This document shows, piece after piece, positions 10,993 through 18,487 of a stretch of 46,363 bases of DNA. The notes beneath the pieces are model-generated. The model did no database searches. It worked only from the letters and a program-made list of their open reading frames with translations, and was not told the origin of the DNA. The first letter of the stretch is position 1. Every line of letters begins with the position of its first letter. The stretch comes from a virus (taxonomy: Duplodnaviria; Caudoviricetes): the IMG/VR virus record IMGVR_UViG_3300021082_000043, positions 1 through 46,363 of that record. One strand, 5' to 3'. Position numbers and translations under genes: made by a program.

Positions 10993-11021
10993 GAGGGGAT
11001 CGATACCATATCCGATCTCGC

Positions 11022-11038
11022 GTTGACTGTGTGTCACT
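11022..11038. promoter_or_regulatory. Putative operator 1 (GTTGAC-N5-GTCACT)
   Basis: Imperfect copy of the GTTGAC-N5-GTCAAC palindrome just upstream of the repressor. Confidence 0.55.
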
Positions 11039-11065
11039 AATTACAAATTGCGTTGCTCTTTTTCG

Positions 11066-11097
11066 CGTTGACAGAGCGTCAACGGGGCCTATAAGAT
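11066..11097 (+). promoter_or_regulatory. Rightward sigma70-type promoter overlapping operator 2
   Basis: TTGACA at 11068-11073 with TATAAG/TAAGAT at 11090-11097; perfect palindrome CGTTGAC-agagc-GTCAACG at 11066-11084. Confidence 0.7.
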
Positions 11098-11108
11098 CTG
11101 CCGGACCT

Positions 11109-11375
11109 ATGAACAAAGGCGCAAAGGCGCTCCGCGATTGGCTCTCGCGGAGCGGTCTCTCGAGTGTAGCTGCCGCGAAACGGCTCGGCTTGACGAAGTC
11201 GTATTTCTCGTATTTGCTGAACGGTCACCGGAAACCGGGGTTGCCGTTGGCGGTCGCGATCGAGCGGAAGGCCGGCATACCGGTCAACTCGTGGACACAG
11301 CGCGTTGCCAGGTCGGCACGCGCGAAATCCTCGAGGGCCACGAACCCGATAGTTGACAAGGTGTTAACTGCCTAA
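11109..11375 (+). CDS. Cro-like HTH regulator
   Basis: 88 aa; LRDWLSRSGLSSVAAAKRLGLTKSYFSYLLNGHRKPGLPLAVAIE is a typical XRE/Cro HTH. Confidence 0.8.
   Translation: MNKGAKALRDWLSRSGLSSVAAAKRLGLTKSYFSYLLNGHRKPGLPLAVAIERKAGIPVNSWTQRVARSARAKSSRATNPIVDKVLTA
11352..11368. promoter_or_regulatory. Putative operator 3 (GTTGAC-N5-GTTAAC)
   Basis: One-mismatch copy of the operator palindrome at the 3' end of cro; contains TTGACA. Confidence 0.55.
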
Positions 11376-11416
11376 TGCGAAAGTTAACAGAACGTGTAGT
11401 ATGGGATCGTAGGGTC

Positions 11417-11433
11417 GTTGACGTCCTGTCAAC
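11417..11433. promoter_or_regulatory. Putative operator 4 (GTTGAC-N5-GTCAAC)
   Basis: Perfect copy GTTGACgtcctGTCAAC. Confidence 0.6.
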
Positions 11434-11712
11434 TTTCGACAGGGCCGCGGTGGCGGGTGCGAGCATTCTACTCCACCTGCCGGCGACCGGTGTCGGCCTA
11501 GTTCGCTCTTTCCTTCAACAACTTAACGAGTCGTTGCGCGCCTGGAGACGTGCGCGGGGCGGCGTGTTCTATCGGCGGGTGGGCAATGCGTGCCCGTGCA
11601 CCGGGGAGTCTCGGTTGTCACGGATGCGCGACGCGGTGGGCAAGTAAACCCGCGCGCCCGGCCGACGGTGGTGGTCACCGTTGGCACGACCGGGCGCGCT
11701 AGGAGACGAGTC

Positions 11713-12180
11713 ATGAGTGTAATTCATATCGCGGACACGCTCGGGATTGACAAGGTGCAACGGTGCCGGCGGTGCGGCGCGGCGCTCAAGGATTTCCGGC
11801 ACGGCGTCGGAGCCGGCAGTCTCGTTCGGGTGGCCTGGAGTGGGGGGAACACCTACGGCTTCGGGTGCTGCGTGGAGCTCTTCGCCGGCGGCGGCCAGGC
11901 GGAAGTGCTCCGGCCTGACGTGCGGCCGACCTGCCTCGAGCTCAAGCCGTTCGACGTCGTCGTCGACGAGCTCACCTATCGGAACTACCGGGCCAACCGG
12001 CAGCAGTTCCACACCATCAAGGCGGAACGGTGGGCGCGCGTGTTCGACAACGCGCCGGCGCTCGAGGCGCGGTACCAGCGCGACCTCGAGCACGAGGAGA
12101 TCGAGCTCCGACAGCGCGAGCTCGCGCGCGAGGGCAGCGTCCGCGGCGACCAACTGACAGAAGGCGAGAGGTCGCTCTGA
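11713..12180 (+). CDS. Hypothetical protein with Cys motifs
   Basis: AGGAG RBS before ATG 11713; CRRC motif plus later cysteines; coupled to the next gene. Confidence 0.6.
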   Translation: MSVIHIADTLGIDKVQRCRRCGAALKDFRHGVGAGSLVRVAWSGGNTYGFGCCVELFAGGGQAEVLRPDVRPTCLELKPFDVVVDELTYRNYRANRQQFHTIKAERWARVFDNAPALEARYQRDLEHEEIELRQRELAREGSVRGDQLTEGERSL

Positions 12181-12524
12181 TGGCGGCCTTCCTCGAGCGC
12201 TTCCGCAAGATCGGTCACCGCAAGGTCGGCGCGACCGCCGGCTGGAAGTCCTACCCGGCCGACGAGATCACCTGGCAGGGCCAGGGGCTCGTGCTCCGCA
12301 CGCGGCCGCGGCAGATCGACCCGCGCGCGACGTTCCACATTTCCAGCAATCAACGGCTTCGCACGAGCGGACAGACGTCGGCCGAGTTCCTCGACGTCGA
12401 GGTGCTCGAGGGCAGCGTCGACGACGCCGGCCTCGAGGTGCTCCGCGCGCTCATCGCGGCCGCCGACACCCGGCCGGTCGTGGTCCGTCGACGAGGGGAG
12501 GCGCTGCGCGCATGGCAGACGTAA
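12180..12524 (+). CDS. Hypothetical protein
   Basis: TGATG overlap with the previous gene; begins MAAFLERFRKIG. Confidence 0.6.
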   Translation: MAAFLERFRKIGHRKVGATAGWKSYPADEITWQGQGLVLRTRPRQIDPRATFHISSNQRLRTSGQTSAEFLDVEVLEGSVDDAGLEVLRALIAAADTRPVVVRRRGEALRAWQT

Positions 12525-12823
12525 GGGCCACGCTCGAGGCGATCGTGCTCGTCGTGGGCACGGTCTCGATCGGCGTCGGGATCGCGGTCGTCGTCGTGGC
12601 GCTCTTCTGGCCGCGGCGCGCACCAATCACGGCAGGCGCCAACGGGTACGCGTGTGACCCGGCGGTGCTCGACATTGCCGAGCGGTTCGTGATCGGGCTC
12701 GACGCCGAGCTCGAGCGACGGCTCACGGCTCCGCAGCGCAAGGCCTTGACCGTACGCACCGTGCGGGCGCTGCAACAAACGATCGACGAGGAGCTCGAGG
12801 CTCTTCGAGGGGAGGTGGAGTGA
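12512..12823 (+). CDS. Hypothetical membrane protein
   Basis: N-terminal TM segment IVLVVGTVSIGVGIAVVVVALFW; GGAGG RBS. Confidence 0.6.
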   Translation: MADVRATLEAIVLVVGTVSIGVGIAVVVVALFWPRRAPITAGANGYACDPAVLDIAERFVIGLDAELERRLTAPQRKALTVRTVRALQQTIDEELEALRGEVE

Positions 12824-13104
12824 TGCACGCACCAGCGTTTTTCGCGGCCGTAGCAGACGGCAAAGTGATCGCAACGACGGCGTCGGCGACACGGAAGTAT
12901 CGGTTTGCGGTGGTGTATGGGCGCACCGTCGCGTACTGGAGCTCGGACTGGGCCGGCGCGCAGCGCCAGGTCGAGACGTTCAGCCCGCGCTCGGGCGTGG
13001 ACGGCAAGCGGATCGAGGTCGGGATCGTCGACGTCGTGCAGACGTTGGTGCGGCTCGACGTCGGGGACGCCTGGCCGCTCAAGCAGGAGGCGGCCCATGT
13101 CTGA
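12820..13104 (+). CDS. Hypothetical protein
   Basis: Overlapping start/stop with both neighbours; GGAGG RBS. Confidence 0.55.
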   Translation: MMHAPAFFAAVADGKVIATTASATRKYRFAVVYGRTVAYWSSDWAGAQRQVETFSPRSGVDGKRIEVGIVDVVQTLVRLDVGDAWPLKQEAAHV

Positions 13105-14050
13105 GCTCATCGACGTCGCCGAGCTCAACGACATCGAGCCCGACAACAAGCCGTTCCGATGCACCGCCGAGGGCACCTACCACGGGCTGTCGGCCGAGCT
13201 CTACCACGCGGACCCGTGTCCGACGCCGTCGCTCTCGAGCTCGATGGTCAAGCTCTTGTGTGACACGACGCCGGCGCACGCGCGCCTGCGACACCCGCGG
13301 CTCGTCGAGCGCGTCGAGCGGGACAACGCGACGCACTTCGACATCGGCACCGCGGCGCACGCGATCGTCCTGCAAGGCCAGGACGCGGTCGTCGTGGTCG
13401 ACGCTGCGGACTGGCGCACGAACGCGGCGAAGGAGCAGCGCGACAAGGCCTACGCCGAGGGCAAGACGCCGCTCCTGGCGAAGATCAAGGCCGAGGTCGA
13501 CCGGATGGTCGCCGCGTTCCGCTCGGGCCTGGACCGGCACCAGGAGGGCGCGCGCATGTTCGAGGAGGGGTTCGGCACCCCGGAGTCGACGCTTATCTGG
13601 CAGGACCTCGGCGGCGTGTGGTGCCGTGCTCGACTCGACTGGCTCCGCGCGGACAAGCGGAGCGGGATCGCGATCGACGACTACAAGACGACCGCGACGT
13701 CGGCCGACCCGGCGGACCTGGCCCGCACCTACATCGGCAAGGGGTGGGACATTCAGGCGGCGTGGTACCTGCGCGGCGCTCGAGCGGTCCTGAACACAAC
13801 CAAGGCGTTTGACATGACGTTCCGCTACGCGGTGCAGGAGACCTACGCGCCCTACGCGGTCTCGGTGGTCACGCCTGGCGCCGACGCGCTGATGCTCGCC
13901 GAGAAAAAGATCCTCTGGGCGCTCTCGCTCTGGGCGCGGTGCCTCGAGCGCGACGAGTGGCCCGGGTACCACACGCAGACGGCGCACCTGGCGCTGCCCG
14001 CGTGGGAGGAGTCGCGCTGGCTCACCAAGGAGGTCTCGGATGCCTTTTGA
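13097..14050 (+). CDS. RecE/exonuclease VIII-like PD-(D/E)XK nuclease (DUF3799-like)
   Basis: YHAD...SLSSS, FDIGTAAHA, CRARLDWL...IDDYKTT and IQAAWY motifs; AGGAGG RBS. Confidence 0.85.
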   Translation: MSELIDVAELNDIEPDNKPFRCTAEGTYHGLSAELYHADPCPTPSLSSSMVKLLCDTTPAHARLRHPRLVERVERDNATHFDIGTAAHAIVLQGQDAVVVVDAADWRTNAAKEQRDKAYAEGKTPLLAKIKAEVDRMVAAFRSGLDRHQEGARMFEEGFGTPESTLIWQDLGGVWCRARLDWLRADKRSGIAIDDYKTTATSADPADLARTYIGKGWDIQAAWYLRGARAVLNTTKAFDMTFRYAVQETYAPYAVSVVTPGADALMLAEKKILWALSLWARCLERDEWPGYHTQTAHLALPAWEESRWLTKEVSDAF

Positions 14051-14975
14051 GTTTCGGCCGGCGAAGCGCGAGAACGTCGGGCTCCTCATCGGCCTGGCCG
14101 GCGGGACCGGCTCGGGTAAGACCTACACCGCGATGCGGCTCGCGAGCGGCATCGCCGGCGACCGACCGTTCGCGGTCATCGACACGGAGGCCGGCCGCGC
14201 GAAGCACTACGCGGACTACTTCCGATTCGATCACGGCGACCTAACCGCGCCGTTTGGCCCTGGGCGCTACCTCGAGGCGATCGAGACCGCCGACCACGCG
14301 GGGTACCCGGCGATCGTCGTCGACAGCATGAGCCACGAGCACGCCGGAGAGGGAGGGATGCTCGACTGGCACGACGACGAGCTCGAGCGGCTCACGAAGG
14401 GTGAGGCGTCCAAGCGCGAGGCGATGAACTTCGTCGCCTGGATCGCACCCAAGAAGGGGCACAAGCAGATGGTGCAGGAGCTCCTACAGGTGCGCGCGCA
14501 CCTGATTCTCTGCTTCCGTGCCGAGCCGAAGATCGAGATCGTGAAGGAGAACAATCGGACCGTCGTGCGCGAGAAACAGGGGCTCAATGTCGGGCCCGGT
14601 GGGTGGACAGCCGTCACCGATAAGAACCTCATGTTCGAGCTCACGGCGTCGTTCCTGTTCATGGCCGAGCGGCCAGGCGTCCCGATCGCGATCAAGCTGC
14701 AAGAGCAGCACCGGGCGCTCTTCCCGACCGACCAGGTCGTCACGGAGACCACGGGCGCCGCGGTGGCGCAGTGGGCCCGGGGCGGCGAGGTCAACTGGGT
14801 GCTCTTGATCGAGCAGGTCAAGACCCGCGAGGAGCTCGCCGCCGTCGGGCGCGACCTGCAACGGGTGAAGCCCCTGATGTCGGTCGCCGCGCGCGAGATC
14901 GCGATCACCGCCTACAACCACCGTCTCAGTGAGCTCTCACCCCCACAACAGCCGAAGGAGGCAACCAAGTTATGA
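14040..14975 (+). CDS. Sak4-like/AAA_24 ATPase (single-strand annealing recombinase)
   Basis: Walker A GGTGSGKT, VIDTEAG, Walker B IVVDSMSHE; adjacent to the RecE-like nuclease. Confidence 0.8.
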   Translation: MPFEFRPAKRENVGLLIGLAGGTGSGKTYTAMRLASGIAGDRPFAVIDTEAGRAKHYADYFRFDHGDLTAPFGPGRYLEAIETADHAGYPAIVVDSMSHEHAGEGGMLDWHDDELERLTKGEASKREAMNFVAWIAPKKGHKQMVQELLQVRAHLILCFRAEPKIEIVKENNRTVVREKQGLNVGPGGWTAVTDKNLMFELTASFLFMAERPGVPIAIKLQEQHRALFPTDQVVTETTGAAVAQWARGGEVNWVLLIEQVKTREELAAVGRDLQRVKPLMSVAAREIAITAYNHRLSELSPPQQPKEATKL

Positions 14976-15220
14976 GTAAGAAGAAAACACAGATCGAGCT
15001 CGCGATCTTGAGGCTCACGGCGCGACGGAACCAACTGGAAGCGGATACCGCGGCGACCGTTTCAGGGCTGAACGAGGCGATCGAGGTGCTCCAGGTTCAG
15101 GCGGGCGCAGGCGCGCGCAAGTCGGCCGGCAAGGGAAACCCTCGAGGGAGGGCGCGATCGTCGTCTACGGGCGTCGTGGAGCGCCAGGAAACCGCCCCGG
15201 CGGCGTCGTCGCTCGAGTAA
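14972..15220 (+). CDS. Hypothetical protein
   Basis: AAGGAGG RBS, ATGA overlap, coiled-coil N-terminus. Confidence 0.55.
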   Translation: MSKKKTQIELAILRLTARRNQLEADTAATVSGLNEAIEVLQVQAGAGARKSAGKGNPRGRARSSSTGVVERQETAPAASSLE

Positions 15221-15226
15221 CTCCCG

Positions 15227-15910
15227 ATGGCACGTGGTCGCATGATTTCCAAGTCGCTCTCGACGTCTGAGAAGTGGGCGGCGCTACACGAGGTCGTTCC
15301 TGCGCTCGCGGAGTTCGCGCAGTCGATCTACCCCCTCATGGTGAGCCACTCGGACGACTTCGGGCGGCAACAAGGCGACCTGACGACCGTCCGCTACCTG
15401 GTAAATCCGAGTAGTCCCCGGAGTTTCCCGGAATGGCGGGCGGCGCTCACCGCGTTACACGAGGTCGGCCTCATTTCCTGGTATGAGGTCGACGGTAAAC
15501 CCTTCATCCAAATAGAGAAATTCGATCCGCACCAGGTCGGTCTACACAAGCGAACCGCATCCCATATTCCAGGAGACTCCGGGAAGTTCCCGGAATTTCC
15601 GCACCAAAGAACTGAAAGAAGGGAACTGAAGGAAGGGAAAGAAGGAACTAGTACTGCGCCTGACGGCGCGGTCGCGTCCCCCCCTGTGGAAAACCCACGA
15701 ACCCCGCAGGAGAACCTCGAGGTCATTACGACGCTGGTCGGCAAAGAGATCCTGCCGACCTTGGGGTTGAGCGTCTCAACCGACGACCTCATCGAAGCGA
15801 CGAAAGAGCGCTGCGCAAAACTCCACGTCGCGTACAACAGCGAGGCCGTTCGGAAAGCCGTCGAGAGTGCGCTCTTCAGGGCCCGGCTCAAGCCAGGAGA
15901 CGAGTCGTGA
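15227..15910 (+). CDS. Phage replication initiator / replisome organiser-like protein
   Basis: MARGRMISKSL...SDDFGR...LHEVGLISWYEVDGKPFIQIEKFDPHQ resembles the N-terminal domain of phage replication proteins, followed by a low-complexity linker; position fits. Confidence 0.65.
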   Translation: MARGRMISKSLSTSEKWAALHEVVPALAEFAQSIYPLMVSHSDDFGRQQGDLTTVRYLVNPSSPRSFPEWRAALTALHEVGLISWYEVDGKPFIQIEKFDPHQVGLHKRTASHIPGDSGKFPEFPHQRTERRELKEGKEGTSTAPDGAVASPPVENPRTPQENLEVITTLVGKEILPTLGLSVSTDDLIEATKERCAKLHVAYNSEAVRKAVESALFRARLKPGDES

Positions 15911-16152
15911 GCTCCTGCGCGTTCACCCCGTGCGACGAAGCGGAGACCTGCGCCATGGTCGGCGGCTGCGTCACCAAGCGTTTCGGGAAGCAGCCGAACC
16001 GAGTACGCCGCGGCATGCTCGAGACCAATGCCCTGAGCCCGAAGGAGGCCGAGGGCCTGAAACCCACCTCGCCGGCGCTCAACGGCACGAAGCCGCGCGA
16101 GGTGCGCGACCCGGCGCTCATCAAGCGGGACCGAAAGGCGATCACCCGATGA
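15907..16152 (+). CDS. Hypothetical Cys-containing protein
   Basis: GTGA and ATGA overlaps with both neighbours. Confidence 0.5.
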   Translation: MSSCAFTPCDEAETCAMVGGCVTKRFGKQPNRVRRGMLETNALSPKEAEGLKPTSPALNGTKPREVRDPALIKRDRKAITR

Positions 16153-16601
16153 GCCTGCTCGAACGGTCGTCGCTCTCGTTCCTGGTGCAAGGCCAGGCCA
16201 CCTCGAAAGGCAGCATGAGCGGCTTCGCGCTCGAGAGACCTGACGGCTCTGTCGGCGTGCGCGTCGTCGACAAAACCAAAGGGCTCCACGGGTGGACAAC
16301 CGCGATCAAGTGGTCGGGAAAGCTCGAGATGCGTCGACAGCGCCTCGAGCTCTTCGCCGGGCCCGTCACGTTGAAAGTCCTGTTTGTGTTCGCGCGTCCC
16401 AAGAAGCCGAAGAACCGCGATCACCACGTCGTGAAACCCGACCTCGACAAGCTCCTGCGCGCGGTGAACGACGCGCTCACGGGCATCGTCTGGGTCGACG
16501 ACAACCAGGTCGTCGAGATCGCGGCCGCCAAGCGCTATGTGCGCGACGACGGCGTCGGCGATTTCGTCGGCGCATCCATCACCGTCGAGTCTCTAACTTA
16601 G
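16149..16601 (+). CDS. rusA: RusA-family Holliday junction resolvase
   Basis: KPDLDKLLRAVNDALTGIVWVDDNQVV catalytic Asp motif. Confidence 0.9.
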   Translation: MSLLERSSLSFLVQGQATSKGSMSGFALERPDGSVGVRVVDKTKGLHGWTTAIKWSGKLEMRRQRLELFAGPVTLKVLFVFARPKKPKNRDHHVVKPDLDKLLRAVNDALTGIVWVDDNQVVEIAAAKRYVRDDGVGDFVGASITVESLT

Positions 16602-16611
16602 GGAGATCTAG

Positions 16612-17274
16612 ATGCTCAAACGACAGCGGAAACCGAAGATCAAGGGCGGCAAGCGGATCGCCTACCAGTTGATTCCACGTGAGACCCCGGTCGGCGAGCC
16701 GATGTATCGGCTCCTCGAGGAGCTCGTCGACGAGTGTCATGAGGACCTCGAGGGCGCGCGGATCTCGCTCGCCTGGTGCACCTCGTGGCGCATGGACGTC
16801 GACGGGCGCATCACGCTCGGGAAGTGCAAGAAAGCGAGCGACCTCGACCGCGAGCTCGCGGCCGTCGACTTCGTCATCCTCTTGAGCAAGTCCTGGTGGC
16901 AGAACCTCGAGACCACGTACGAGCAGCGCAAGGCGCTCCTCGATCACGAGCTCTGTCACGCGACGGTCAAGCTCAACCCGCGCACGCTCGAGCCGGAATA
17001 CGACGAGCGCGGCCGCAAGGTGTGGCGCACGGTCAAGCACGAGATCGAAGAGTTCGAGGGCGTCGTCGCCCGGCATGGCATCTGGAAGAAAGACCTCGAG
17101 CGGTTCGCGAAAACCCTCATCGAGAAAGCCATCAAAGAGCCGTACGTGCCGTGCGAGAAGTGCGCGAGCTCGCCCGGGTGGGTCTCGGCCGACGTCAATG
17201 GCCGGCCAGGTGTCACGCGGTGCGAGTGCCGCAAGGCGTGGGAAGAGCGGCGGCGCGAGGCGCTCGCGTCGTAG
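16612..17274 (+). CDS. Putative phage metallopeptidase
   Basis: ALLDHELCH (HExxH), HEIEEFEGVVARHG, and a C-terminal CxxC...CxC. Confidence 0.75.
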   Translation: MLKRQRKPKIKGGKRIAYQLIPRETPVGEPMYRLLEELVDECHEDLEGARISLAWCTSWRMDVDGRITLGKCKKASDLDRELAAVDFVILLSKSWWQNLETTYEQRKALLDHELCHATVKLNPRTLEPEYDERGRKVWRTVKHEIEEFEGVVARHGIWKKDLERFAKTLIEKAIKEPYVPCEKCASSPGWVSADVNGRPGVTRCECRKAWEERRREALAS

Positions 17275-17336
17275 CTCCAAAGGGGTGAGGCGTCCGCGAC
17301 CCCTGCAACAGCGGACACGTCGAAGGAGTCAAGACA

Positions 17337-17975
17337 ATGGCGTTCGGAAAAAAAGAGACCGGGATCGCAGTCATTCAACCCGCGAATATCGTGCGGGCGA
17401 CGATTCACATTCGCGGCACGGCGCCGTACGTGATGAACCGATTTAGTAAGAAGGCCGAGCTCATGCTCGGGATGGCGACACCGAAGAACCAGAAGAAGGC
17501 CAGGACCGAGCGGAAGGCGCGGGACTACGCGCAAGAGTTCCTCGACTGTCAACACCGCGCGGCCGCCGGGTGGGCCGGCATGCCGGCGCCCGGGTTTCGG
17601 AAGGCGATGATCGACGCCTGCCGCACTGTGGGCCTCGTCATGACGACCGCGAAGATGAGCGTGTTCGTGATCGCCGACGGCGTCGACGTCGCCGACGGCA
17701 CGCCGCTTGTGCGACTGATCGGCGGCGAGCCGGAACAGATCGAGTCGCACGTGCGCAACGACAACGGCTCGATCGACATTCGCGTTCGCGCGATGTGGCG
17801 CGAGTGGGCGGCCGCGGTCACCGTCGAGTTCGACGCGGACATGATCACCGCGGAAAGCGTCGTCAACCTGCTCGACCGCGCCGGGCGCCAGGTGGGCGTC
17901 GGGGAAGGCCGACCGTTCTCGAAGAACAGCGTCGGCCAGGGGTGGGGCACATTCACTGTCGTGGAGGCAGCATGA
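17337..17975 (+). CDS. Stand-alone Cas7/RAMP-like RNA-binding protein
   Basis: Motif order matches the RAMP/Cas7 RRM fold: N-terminal strand IHIRGTAPYVM, GMPAPGFRKAMIDAC (cf. iPgSslKG), thumb region ending IRVRAMW, and C-terminal Gly-rich loop AGRQVGVGEGRP...GQGWGTFTV. AAGGAG RBS. No other cas genes. Confidence 0.7.
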   Translation: MAFGKKETGIAVIQPANIVRATIHIRGTAPYVMNRFSKKAELMLGMATPKNQKKARTERKARDYAQEFLDCQHRAAAGWAGMPAPGFRKAMIDACRTVGLVMTTAKMSVFVIADGVDVADGTPLVRLIGGEPEQIESHVRNDNGSIDIRVRAMWREWAAAVTVEFDADMITAESVVNLLDRAGRQVGVGEGRPFSKNSVGQGWGTFTVVEAA

Positions 17976-18487
17976 GAAAAGTGGGCATCGTCGACCATCA
18001 CGCGAGCGCCATCAAGACCGCGCTCGTCGCGATCGCGCAGCACAACGAGGGCATTCTCAATCCGTCGGCCGTCGTCGAGGCCGCGCGCCGGAAATCCAAC
18101 CCGTTGCACGAGTATTTCGAGTGGGACGACAGCGCGGCCGCGGAGCAGTTCCGGCTCGCGCAAGCGACCGCGTTGATCCGCCGCGTGCGTCTCACGATCT
18201 CGAGACCGGCCGGCGTCGCGAACGAGATCACTCTGACGACAACACGGGCGTTTCAGAGCCGGCCAAGTCAACGGCGCGCGGCCGGCGGGTACGAGTCGAT
18301 CGACGACATCATGCGCGACGACACGAAGCGCGGTGAGCTCCTCGCGAACGTGCTCACCGAGCTCCGTGCGATTCGACACCGCTACGAGCAACTCACGGAG
18401 CTCTCGGCAGTGTGGGACGCGATACACCTCCTCGAGGACGACGAGACCTCGAGCGAGCAGCCGGCGGCGACTCCTTCGCCGGCGTAG
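17972..18487 (+). CDS. Helical partner protein of the RAMP-like gene
   Basis: 171 aa; ATGA overlap with the RAMP-like gene; LNPSAVVEAARRKSNPLHEYFEWDDSAAAEQFRLAQATALIR; its stop codon abuts the repeat array. Confidence 0.75.
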   Translation: MRKVGIVDHHASAIKTALVAIAQHNEGILNPSAVVEAARRKSNPLHEYFEWDDSAAAEQFRLAQATALIRRVRLTISRPAGVANEITLTTTRAFQSRPSQRRAAGGYESIDDIMRDDTKRGELLANVLTELRAIRHRYEQLTELSAVWDAIHLLEDDETSSEQPAATPSPA

